Below are positions 1 through 9,300 of a stretch of DNA of 64,000 bases, piece by piece (within the stretch, counting starts at the first letter, position 1; each line of letters opens with the position of its first letter). The notes beneath the pieces were generated by a model. That model had not been told where the DNA came from. It did not search any database and was given only the letters and a program-made list of their open reading frames with translations. The DNA is from Shewanella sp. (GTDB taxonomy: Bacteria > Pseudomonadota > Gammaproteobacteria > Enterobacterales > Shewanellaceae), in NCBI GenBank assembly GCA_021462625.1, contig JAJNAU010000001.1, forward strand, positions 3,499 to 67,498. The letters are read 5' to 3'. Both the position numbers and the translations under genes were made by a program.

Positions 1-109
1 TCTTTGTTGCAAGGTATTTGCTTAGGCCCCTAGGCGGCACACCTTGCGTCGCGATTAAAGCGCGTCTAGAACGAGCAAAATTCAACCATGAAAGGTCAAC
101 AGACCCTAG
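1..109. mobile_element. Right end of a Shewanella-type MITE-like interspersed repeat (left part outside the window)
   Basis: Non-coding, and ends in AAAGGTCAACAGACCCTAG (91-109). I recognise this as the terminus of the CTAGGGTCTGTTGACCTTT...AAAGGTCAACAGACCCTAG repeats common in Shewanella. The partner end is not visible. Confidence 0.55.
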
Positions 110-149
110 AACCACGTGAAGTTTATACCATATATGGTATTAAACATTC

Positions 150-893
150 TCAGCGCAGCAGGTGCTCCAGTTGGCTGCGCACATTGGCCAGACCCGAATC
201 CGTATGGGGAATGGTCAGTGCCTTGTAGCCATCACCACGAAATGCCCTGTCCAGTTCAATCAGCACATGGGTCTGATGCGCTTCGGGAATAAATGACAGC
301 TCCACCTCTTTAACGCCAAACAAGCTGCGGTTGTTGGGTCTATATTCCATTTCCTGATAAATACCTGAGCGGGATCGGAATCCCGGAGCGGAAATAACCC
401 CTTTCTCTACATCGGCTTTCATCATCTGGTAACCGGCCCGCTCCATCACCTGCAGACAGGTTTTGACGGCCTCATTGGGATAGATGTAGAGATGGTCTTT
501 GTCGGCGGCATCCAGTGCCATGTCGATGCTGAGGCCTGTTGTCAGCCAGACCACAGACTGATTAACACGCACTGGCAGCTCAGTGACAGGGGTTTCTGGG
601 TGCAGCTGAGCACTGAAGGGGATACGAATTTCCTGCCCGGGTTGAATGGTGGTGTTGTCGGACAGGTGCCACTGCTGGATCACCTGATTGCGGAAATAAC
701 TGCCCTCGTCGGTTTCAACCTTGGCCTTGGTCATCAGTGCCAGCTCCAGACCAGATAATTCCTGAGCCACTTCACCGCCGGTAATCAGGATTTCTGCATG
801 AAATTCCTGGCCGGGCAGCAGATGTTCGGTTTGCAGTACTGTGTCGATTTTGGCGGCACCTATGCCGACTGAGGCCAGAATCTTTTTGAACAT
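150..893 (-). CDS. Spo0M-family (sporulation control M-like) protein
   Basis: Starts MFKKILASVGIGAAKIDT and contains GVKEVELSF and LIELDR, typical of Spo0M. Start moved to ATG 893, which has AGGAG upstream. Confidence 0.85.
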   Translation of the reverse strand: MFKKILASVGIGAAKIDTVLQTEHLLPGQEFHAEILITGGEVAQELSGLELALMTKAKVETDEGSYFRNQVIQQWHLSDNTTIQPGQEIRIPFSAQLHPETPVTELPVRVNQSVVWLTTGLSIDMALDAADKDHLYIYPNEAVKTCLQVMERAGYQMMKADVEKGVISAPGFRSRSGIYQEMEYRPNNRSLFGVKEVELSFIPEAHQTHVLIELDRAFRGDGYKALTIPHTDSGLANVRSQLEHLLR

Positions 894-1026
894 GACGCTT
901 TTACTCCTGGTAAACGACAACTCCCCAAAGAGCTGGGGAGAACCGGCAACACTTAACCACAAATTGCCGCGTTTGTCTGCTGATGGCGCGTGGGATTACG
1001 CCATCGAGGATGACTTGCCGGTAAAA

Positions 1027-1042
1027 CTTACAAAAATGTAAG
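1027..1042 (+). promoter_or_regulatory. Palindrome CTTACA-AAAA-TGTAAG, CopR/CusR (cop box)-like operator
   Basis: Perfect 6-4-6 inverted repeat about 40 bp upstream of a -10-like TACAGT (1075-1080), ahead of the PepSY/two-component genes. It resembles the Pseudomonas cop box CTTACA-N4-TGTAA. Confidence 0.5.
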
Positions 1043-1132
1043 CTCGGGGCAAACTTGCAGCAAGCTCTGGGGTATACAGTAGCGCCATCGACAAACATTG
1101 TCTGACTGAATCACAACCCAGAGGAAAACAAT

Positions 1133-1651
1133 ATGAAAACCATCAAGCACACCAAAATCGCTGTACTGGCTTGTTCATTGGGCGTGGCAAGTGTTGGCAG
1201 CGGCTTTGCTGCCGATGCGCCAAGCCATATGAATGCCGATGCCATTAGTTTTAAGCAGGCCATCGCCATTGCCAAACAGCAAACCGGCGGCCAGCCGATG
1301 GAAGCTGAGCGTGAAATGTCCAAGGGCAAGGCGGTATACGATATTGAGCTGGTGGCGACTCAGGGCAAAGAGAGCAAGGTGCGCATCGATGCCAATACCG
1401 GCAAAATCATCCGCATGCGTGAAACTATTGAGCATGACAGGGATGACATTCAGGAGCAGGTTGACTGGCTGGCCGGTATCGCTTCAGGTAAATATGTGAC
1501 ATTGGATGATGCACTGTCCCAGGCTCAGCGGATCCAAAAAGGACAGGTATATGAGATTGAGCTGGATGATGATTATGGCATGCACTACAAGGTTAAATTT
1601 ATCCTGGCTGATGGCAGTAAAGCCAAAGTGAAAATCTCGGCTGAAAACTAA
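1133..1651 (+). CDS. Secreted protein with two PepSY domains
   Basis: Signal peptide, then two repeats of the form ISFKQAIAIA...YDIEL and VTLDDALSQA...VYEIELDDD..HYKVK. RBS GAGGA. Confidence 0.8.
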   Translation: MKTIKHTKIAVLACSLGVASVGSGFAADAPSHMNADAISFKQAIAIAKQQTGGQPMEAEREMSKGKAVYDIELVATQGKESKVRIDANTGKIIRMRETIEHDRDDIQEQVDWLAGIASGKYVTLDDALSQAQRIQKGQVYEIELDDDYGMHYKVKFILADGSKAKVKISAEN

Positions 1652-1724
1652 ACCGAACAGGCAAGACACCAAATACATATGTGCCTTGCCCTGAGAGATG
1701 TGCGATTAAATCGGAGGTAAGCTT

Positions 1725-2018
1725 ATGGAACATACACTTTATGGCGGCCTGTGGACGAGATTGAAGTTACTACTGCTGAATGTTCGCCCAAAGGGGCTTA
1801 AGGGAGTGGCCGAACTCCTGGCGTTCAGCCTGTTTTTTATGTTGGGACTGGTGACTCTGGGAGCCAGTTTATTGGCGGGCGCGGCTCTGACTATTTTCAG
1901 CCAATGGCAGGCCCGCAAGGTGCAGGCATCTGCGACCAGCCCTCGGGCTGATAAGCCGGTTGCGGATGGCAATGATCAGGCACAAGCCAATCAGGCTGAA
2001 ACTGTTGTGATTACCTGA
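1725..2018 (+). CDS. Small membrane protein of unknown function
   Basis: GGAGG RBS, a long hydrophobic segment, and a position inside the operon. Confidence 0.6.
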   Translation: MEHTLYGGLWTRLKLLLLNVRPKGLKGVAELLAFSLFFMLGLVTLGASLLAGAALTIFSQWQARKVQASATSPRADKPVADGNDQAQANQAETVVIT

Positions 2019-2073
2019 GTTCGCCTGAACTGTGGTACTTACGTGACATACTGAAAAGTAAAAGAGAATCTGC

Positions 2074-2769
2074 ATGTTGATATTGTTGGTAGAAGATGAT
2101 GCTAGCCTGAGCCGCTTTATTGAAAAGGGGCTGCAGGAGGCGGGTCATCATGTAGAGATCACCGACAATGGCAAACACGCCCTGACCCTGTGCATGACAG
2201 AGCAATTCGATGTTGCCATTGTAGATCGCATGTTACCCGGACTGGATGGACTGTCACTGGTCAAAGCCATGCGCGTCGCCCAGATAGTGACCCCAGTGCT
2301 GTTCCTGACGGCACTGGGAGGGGTGGATGACAGAGTTGAAGGGCTGGAGGCCGGGGGAGATGATTACCTCACCAAGCCTTTTGCCTTTTCCGAGTTGCTC
2401 GCCCGGGTGATTGCATTGTCGCGGCGCTCATTGAATATCAGTGCCCAGGTCAATCCTGAGCTCAGTGTTGGCGATCTGGTGTTAAACCTGTTTGAGCATA
2501 CCGCCACCCGCCAAGGGCAGACGCTTGATCTGCAGCCCAAGGAGTTTCGAATTCTTGAGCTGTTTATGCGTCATCCCGGCCGGGTGATCACCCGCACCAT
2601 GTTGCTGGAACATGTGTGGGATATTCATTTCGACCCCCAGACCAGTGTGGTAGAGACCCATATTAGTCGGCTGCGTAATAAGCTGGAAAAGCCCTTTGGT
2701 GACAGCCTGATCCAGACAGTGCGCGGCGCAGGCTATAAGCTTGAATACAAAAAGGACCCGGCATTATGA
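2074..2769 (+). CDS. OmpR/CusR-family response regulator
   Basis: LLVEDD, DRMLPGLDG, DDYLTKPFAF and winged helix VVETHISRLRNKL...TVRGAGY. Confidence 0.95.
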   Translation: MLILLVEDDASLSRFIEKGLQEAGHHVEITDNGKHALTLCMTEQFDVAIVDRMLPGLDGLSLVKAMRVAQIVTPVLFLTALGGVDDRVEGLEAGGDDYLTKPFAFSELLARVIALSRRSLNISAQVNPELSVGDLVLNLFEHTATRQGQTLDLQPKEFRILELFMRHPGRVITRTMLLEHVWDIHFDPQTSVVETHISRLRNKLEKPFGDSLIQTVRGAGYKLEYKKDPAL

Positions 2770-3920
2770 GAGCTGGATTATCTTTGCCCGGATGGTTACA
2801 GCGCAGCGCCACCCAACAGGGGCTGGTGTTTATTCTGGTATCCCTGCTCAGTTTGGTGCTGATGGCCAGTATCAGTCTGGCCTATGTGGACTATGAGCTG
2901 GGCAAACAAAACCGGAAAATTGTGGACGAGACCCGTGAACTGGTGGGACAGGCCAAGCCGGATATCGACGATGACCCCATAGATGACGATGATATCTTGG
3001 AGATTATGGCTACGGGTTTTGTACTGTCCGGGGTCCTGGTATCCATGCTGACCATTGCCATAGTGGTGGCCATGAGCCGCGCCAGTGGTCGGCGGATCCA
3101 TCGTATCGAGCAGGTACTGACTGAGGTGGCCGAAGGCAATCTGGCCGCCCGAACCGGTGAAAAATACAAACTGAACGATCTGGCCCGAATCGCGGTGGCC
3201 GTGGATGAAATGTTGTCCCGTTTACAGGGAGCCGTGGCCGCCATGAGTGATATTTCCGCCAATATTGCCCATGAACTCAAGACGCCCATTACCCGGCTGC
3301 AGCATAACCTGCTCCATCTGCAGGACGAGGCCGGGCGTTTAGGTGAACAGCGCGAGGGGTTTGACCAGGAGCTGGAGCAGGCACTGAGCGACTCAGATCG
3401 GCTGGCTTCCATTTTCGATGCATTGCTGCGAATTTCCCAGATCGAATCCGGTGCCCGTCGCAGCCGCTTTACTCAAACTGATATCGCTGCCGTGATGGCT
3501 ACAGTGGCCGATATTTATACGGATGTGGCCGACGATGCGGGTATGCAGTTGAGTGTCAGCTTGCCGCAATCGCCTCTGATCCTGCAGGGGGACAGGGAGC
3601 TGCTGGTTCAGCTGTTGGCGAATCTGGTGGAAAACGCCCTGAGATATTGCCCGGGGGGCAGCAAGATTGAGTTGAGTTGCGAAGCTCTGGGGGAGGAGAT
3701 ATGCCTGAGTGTCGCTGACAATGGCCCCGGAATTGCCGATGCGGAAAAAGAACGGGTGTTTGAACGTCTCTACCGGGTTGACAAAAGCAGGGCTGATGGC
3801 GGTTTGGGTGTTGGATTGGCACTGGTAAAGGCGATAGTTGGCCTGCACCACGGGCATATCAGCCTAGGTGACAATCACCCCGGGCTAGCGGTGCAAATCC
3901 AGCTGCCCCGCAAATATTAA
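2766..3920 (+). CDS. Sensor histidine kinase (2 TM, HAMP, HisKA, HATPase)
   Basis: H-box IAHELKTP, N-box NLVENALRY, G-boxes DNGPGI and GLGVGLALV. ATGA overlap with the regulator. Confidence 0.93.
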   Translation: MRAGLSLPGWLQRSATQQGLVFILVSLLSLVLMASISLAYVDYELGKQNRKIVDETRELVGQAKPDIDDDPIDDDDILEIMATGFVLSGVLVSMLTIAIVVAMSRASGRRIHRIEQVLTEVAEGNLAARTGEKYKLNDLARIAVAVDEMLSRLQGAVAAMSDISANIAHELKTPITRLQHNLLHLQDEAGRLGEQREGFDQELEQALSDSDRLASIFDALLRISQIESGARRSRFTQTDIAAVMATVADIYTDVADDAGMQLSVSLPQSPLILQGDRELLVQLLANLVENALRYCPGGSKIELSCEALGEEICLSVADNGPGIADAEKERVFERLYRVDKSRADGGLGVGLALVKAIVGLHHGHISLGDNHPGLAVQIQLPRKY

Positions 3921-3990
3921 TCCGCATCCGTGCTAACGCTCAAATCCTGATAATCGGCATCCTGATTGCCCGCATCGTTCAAGCCAAACT

Positions 3991-4015
3991 CCGGGGGAGC
4001 ATTGAACTCCCCCGG
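3991..4015. terminator. GC-rich hairpin between convergent genes
   Basis: CCGGGGGAG-7nt-CTCCCCCGG. No U-tract. Confidence 0.4.
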
Positions 4016-4024
4016 TAGGGTACC

Positions 4025-4543
4025 TTAGTTGACAGTAGCACGCGCATTGAGTGACACCCTGTGGTTAACATTCAGACCATCCAACGCATCGACAATATCA
4101 CCGTCCGCCAGTTCCTGTGGCACTTCCAGCTGCAACTTTGCCCGATACACGGTTTCGTTTGCGCCCATGACAGGGATCCTGTGATTTTCCTGGTGGCTGA
4201 TGACTACCCCCAGTCCATCGAACAGGGTATTGATGTCACGGGTTAATCCTGGCCTGTCGGCGCAGTCCAGCGTAACGTCCAGAGTCCTATGGTGCATGGG
4301 GGCATCACTACTTTCCACAAAGGTGAATACCAGCTGCGGGAAGGTGGTTTCCAGTTGCTCCTGTAGGGTTTCCGGTTCATCTGAGTTGATGGCCAGTTTC
4401 ATCATGGCGCTGAATTGATCTTCGAGACGAATGACTTTGCTGCTCAGCCAGTGTCCACCAGCCTGCCGCGTGACTTTGGCGATATCAGCGATCAGATGAG
4501 GTGAAAATGTGCCGCTGATACTGCAGATAAAACAGGTTTGCAT
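4025..4543 (-). CDS. GcvR-like double ACT domain protein
   Basis: WLSSKVIRLEDQFSAMMK and DCADRPGLTRDI ACT motifs. GGAGG RBS before ATG 4543. Confidence 0.8.
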   Translation of the reverse strand: MQTCFICSISGTFSPHLIADIAKVTRQAGGHWLSSKVIRLEDQFSAMMKLAINSDEPETLQEQLETTFPQLVFTFVESSDAPMHHRTLDVTLDCADRPGLTRDINTLFDGLGVVISHQENHRIPVMGANETVYRAKLQLEVPQELADGDIVDALDGLNVNHRVSLNARATVN

Positions 4544-4894
4544 AAGCCCTCCATTGATCTGCACACAGGCTCGATAACCGGGGTGGTTGAGCGTCTTATC
4601 CTGTGGCTTTGTAACACAATATCAGGCTTGAGCTCTGCGGGGAATAGCGGCAATGGCGGCATCTGTTGTAGCAGCTTGGCCTGAGTTGTTACACATTTCC
4701 CAAGGAAGCTGCAAACAAGTCCCTGCACCGCTCTGGCTTGGGTTGCGGTAGGCGTTCTGGGGAGTTAACTGCAGGCATGCAGGGGCCTGCTGTCGAAAGA
4801 CAAGGCTGAACAACAGGCCGAGCATTCAATAACATCGGCATGACCATGACATTGCCAGCTGAGATAAGCTCAATGTTAATTTTTAAACTGCCTG

Positions 4895-6385
4895 TTACAG
4901 CTGGCTTTCCACCACTTTGTAGCGCCAGAGTCTGGCAGTCTCCTCAAGCAGTTTAAGGTTTACCCCGGCCACATTGCGATTCTCCGGTTTTGCCAGTGGT
5001 GTGTCTGCAACCCAGGCATTGAATGCCCCCAGAGCCGGGCCTGCCCAAATTTGATAATCCATTTCCCGGCCCGGCTCACCGATATTGGACCAGCGACTGG
5101 ATAGCCCCAGATACCAGCGGAAAATCAATGCCATTTTGCGTTTGGGGTTATCCAGTGCCCGCTGGATTTGCTGGGGATCCCTGACATTAAAGTGAGCCTG
5201 GGTCAAAGCCCAGATCTCTTCCAGTGAACATCTGAATATCTGGCATTCCAGTTTTTCCCGTTCATCGGCGGGGATCGCCTCTATGCTGTCGTACTGGCGG
5301 TACAGCTCCCACAGTTTGTTGGCGCGCATGGGAAACAGGGTGCCGCGTTTGACCACCTGCAGCTTGACGCCCATTTCAAACATGTCGGCGGCCGGGGCCA
5401 TGGTCACATCGGCCATCTGGGTGGTGGCCAGCAGCCTGCGGGTATGCTCACTGGCACCGGCTTCGATGCAGCTCTGGTTGATGGAGCCGGTAACCACATA
5501 GGCGGCACCCATGGTGAAGGCCGCCAGCATGGCTTCAGGTGTACCTATACCGCCTCCGGCACCGACCCGCAGCGGTTGTGGATATTGATATTTGGCCTGC
5601 AGTTGATTTTTCAGGGCAATCAGAGTGGGCAGCAGAGTGACCAGTGAGCGGTTATCTGTGTGGCCGCCGGAATCGGCTTCGGCTGTGATGTCATCCGCCA
5701 TGGGTACCTGTTGTGCCAGTTCAAATTGCTCGGCGCTAATAAACCCGGCCTCCAGCAAAGGCGTCAGTAGTTTTACCGGCGCTGGAGACATAAAGTGGGT
5801 GGCCACTTCGGTACGGCTAACTTTGGCAATCACCTTGTTGGCAATATGGATACTGCCATCCTGATTGCGGCTCAGACCAGCAGCCCGAAATCGTACGATA
5901 TGCGGCGTGAGTGCCAGAAAGGCGGAGGCTTCCACAGTGCGCACCTGGTGCTTCAGGTACATCTCCACTGCGCCCTGTTCAAGCGCGCTCTCGCTGGGGC
6001 TATGAATCAGGTTAAAGCAGTAAGGGCCGTTTGGCAGTTCGGCCTGAATGCGTTGTATGGCCTGTTCCACCCGGGCAGGCACTAGGCCGGCGGCGCCGAA
6101 TGACCCCAGCATGCCAGCTTTACCCATGGCAATCACCATGGCTTCAGAGGCAATACCATTGGCCATGGCGCCGGCATACAGCGGGTACCTGAGACCATGG
6201 GCAACTCCAAAGGCACTGTCACCCAATCTGCGGGCATCCAGTGGCGGGACTATGGCTTTGGTATTTTCATCCGGCAAAGCCTGATGGATGGGCGCTTGCC
6301 CATCCAGCGCCAGAGCGAATGGTTCTGGGTCAGCGTTCAGCAGTTGCCTCAGGGCTTGGGTATCGCAGCGGGTTTGTTGATTCAT
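4895..6385 (-). CDS. pfaD: PUFA synthase enoyl reductase PfaD
   Basis: YAGAMANGIAS, EADSGGHTDNR, MAPAADMFEMGVKLQV and YQIWAGPALGAFN. Confidence 0.95.
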   Translation of the reverse strand: MNQQTRCDTQALRQLLNADPEPFALALDGQAPIHQALPDENTKAIVPPLDARRLGDSAFGVAHGLRYPLYAGAMANGIASEAMVIAMGKAGMLGSFGAAGLVPARVEQAIQRIQAELPNGPYCFNLIHSPSESALEQGAVEMYLKHQVRTVEASAFLALTPHIVRFRAAGLSRNQDGSIHIANKVIAKVSRTEVATHFMSPAPVKLLTPLLEAGFISAEQFELAQQVPMADDITAEADSGGHTDNRSLVTLLPTLIALKNQLQAKYQYPQPLRVGAGGGIGTPEAMLAAFTMGAAYVVTGSINQSCIEAGASEHTRRLLATTQMADVTMAPAADMFEMGVKLQVVKRGTLFPMRANKLWELYRQYDSIEAIPADEREKLECQIFRCSLEEIWALTQAHFNVRDPQQIQRALDNPKRKMALIFRWYLGLSSRWSNIGEPGREMDYQIWAGPALGAFNAWVADTPLAKPENRNVAGVNLKLLEETARLWRYKVVESQL

Positions 6386-9300
6386 GCTCTGGCTCCGGTA
6401 TCGCTGGACTCAACAATCATGATGGCCAGATCGCTTATCTCGTAAATTCTCAATTGGTCTTTGGACAGGCAGGCATCGGCCTGCAACATCAAACCTTGCT
6501 CTGTGCGATCTATTGCTGTGATGTGCAGCTCCAGCGACATCTGCTTGTTGTGTGGGGTTATCTGTCCCCGGTATTTCCACTTCACCTGAGACAGCGGCCA
6601 GCAGAATCTGGGGCTGATAAACTTATCCCCAAGACCGGTTTCAATAGCAAAAGCCTGCAGCAATTCCAACATGGCTTCAACCCCCAGCGAGCCGGGCATT
6701 ACCGGGTCCTGATGGAAGTGGCAGGGGAAGAACCAGTCGCTGGCATTGATAGTGCGCTCGCCGTACACATAACCCAGGTTGTGGGTACCGCCAGACCCTG
6801 AGATGGCGACGGTATCCACAAAGTTCAGCTGTCCGCCGGGCAGGTGCCAGTGCGGCTTGCCGGGCGCGGTGGGAAAGGCATTGGAGACCGCAAAATCCAG
6901 TTCAATATCGGGCTCTTGCCCTTGACTGATATGCCAGGGCTGACGAGTCTGACCTCTGTCCAGCCCTGCCTGATGGGTCAGGGCATGATCGTTGAAATAG
7001 CCAAATACCGCCTCACCTTCGTAGAAAGGTTGGGCCTGCTGTTTTTCATCACTGCAGGTTTGGGTGCTCAGGGTAAAGCTGAAGGTTTGAATAATATTGG
7101 CCCCGGCGAACACTGTGCTGAGCAGTTTGGTGTCGTTGATGATGGTCTGGCCGCGCAAATCCACAGCTCGTAACAACCTGCCGCGACCATCCAGATTGCG
7201 GAAGAACAGTGGCTCATCCCGATAGTTGAGCGTGGTGCCCAGATACCCTGACAGGAACCCATTGGGCTGCAGCGCAATTTCCATTAGCACTGAGTAGGGC
7301 ATGTGGGCATGGTGGCTGTTGGCTCGGAAGTACCAGGCATCCTGCGGCACTTCATACTCGGCGCGACAACAGGAAGGAGATTTGAAATCCCCGCGGGTGC
7401 CCTGGATATGAGTCACGCTGGTGATCAGCTGCAGATCGCCACAGGGCGTGCGTGGCGGCACCATTCCCCGGTACACGGCAAACTCAGGTCCAAAGCAGTT
7501 TTCGATATTGCCGGTGGCAAACTCAAACAGGTGCCAAGGGGTAAACGGCAGGGTATCGGGCTGACGGTTGGCAAAGCGCGCCTGCATGGGGGCCTCGACA
7601 TGTTTAAAGGGGGTGACCCCTTTGTTGGCAGGTGCCTGCAGATCCGGCAGTTTTTGCATCAAAGGTGCGATTTGCTGCTCCGGGGGGAAGGGTAACTCAG
7701 GCGTGAGCTGTAATTCAGAGGCGCGCTGTGCCTCTAGCTTTGAATACAAGATGCAGTCGTCTTCTTCTTTGAGCATGACGCCCAGATTCTGGAAATCCAC
7801 CACCACTTTGCCATTGAGCAAAATGTCGATATTGGCTCTGGCTCTGGGCGTCGGATGCATGCTCAGCTCAGTCACTTCCATGCGGTAGGTGAGGGTACCG
7901 GACTGAGGCACTACCTGGCCACGGCAGCGCACTTTCTGCGGGGCATCCAGCAAAGGCTGAAAGCGGCCATGACGCATGTTTTTATGCATGCCCAGCCACA
8001 ACATGTAGAACTGCAGCAGCTGACCACAGCCCTCGGCCATCAGGGAGCCTGCCATCACTTCATCGTCCTTGAAATGACAGGGGAAATACCAGTGATCCGG
8101 CTGGAGGCATTTATGGCCTGTGACGGCGCCCAATCCCCAGGGGCCACCTTGGGCATTGAGGGCACTGATCTGCTCGAACATCATAAATTTGTGGGAAGCA
8201 AAGCGCAGTGACCGGGGGGTATTGCCCGGCAATGGCCTATGGCCTGGACCAAAACAGCCGACCAGATCTGCCTGCAGCAATGGCTCGAGCTCATCGCGGC
8301 TGAACTGGGTCTTGCTGCACACAAGCAAAGGCGTGAACTGGTTTTTCTGGGCATTGTGCCGGGCCGTTTCCTCGGCCTGAGTACGAATAACCCCTTTGCC
8401 ATCCTCCAGCTCTTTGTCGGTGAAAAAGCCGGCGCAGCCATTGTCCATTTTAAGGATAAGGGAATCCCCCACATAGCAGCGATAGGAGAAGAAAAACAGC
8501 AGGGTATCGCCGTTGCGGGCAAAGTGGTTGATGGAGATATCGTATCTTAAGGTATCGCCGCCCCGGGGCAGGTCGCCCAAAAAGGTCAGAGTGCAGTCCA
8601 GCAGGCGGTATACCCGCTCCCCCCGGTTTTCAAAGTCTATGCCCAGATAGCTTATCAGCATCAAATCACACTGACCTGACTCGACCGCCACTGCCCAGGG
8701 GATCTGCCCGTCTACCAGATAGGGGGCATCGCACGGGATATCATATTCAGTGGTCATGCTGCAGGGTTTAAATTCTCCGCGTTTGGCATTGAGTTTGGTT
8801 ACCCGGGAAACCAGCAGATAGTCCCTGGAGGGTAAGCGTACCCGACGGCGGAAGCTGTCAATAACGGCATACTCAGGTCCGAATACCCCGGCGATATCGC
8901 CTTCGGCATATTGCAGCAGAGCCTCATAATCCCAGATGCAGTCTTTGACTTTGGGGGCTGCATCGGGCGATGGTGCTGGCTCCTGCACTGGTGCTTGCCT
9001 GTGTAATGGAACCTGCACTTGTCTGGATGAAGGCTCGGGTTCAGACAATGATGCAGGCTTCAGTTCAGAGGCTTGCCCTTGAGCATCACAGAGGCTGGCA
9101 AGCTGTTGCCTGAGCAGGGTATTCGCCTGCTTAAGTCCAGCCTGTCTGGCGTTAAGGAACGCAATATGCGCATCGGCCAGTTGACGCTGATTGGCTGCCA
9201 ACGTCTGGCGTGTTTCCAGGCCGGTGTCATTGATGGCTGGGTGCGTTTGTGTTACTTGCTGAACCTCTGCTTGATTAACAACTTGTTCCTGTGCATCTGT

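Noticed and set aside
894-960. GGGGAG hairpin upstream of the Spo0M-like gene as a yybP-ykoY riboswitch
   Set aside because: Only the GGGGAG hexamer matches, and there is no room for the rest of the aptamer before the RBS.
4560-4890. Short ORFs between pfaD and the ACT gene
   Set aside because: Several overlapping frames with no RBS or recognisable motif; left as intergenic.
4895-6385. pfaD as a truncated pseudogene
   Set aside because: Shorter than typical, but all core motifs are present, it is coupled to pfaC by ATGA and it has no internal lesions.
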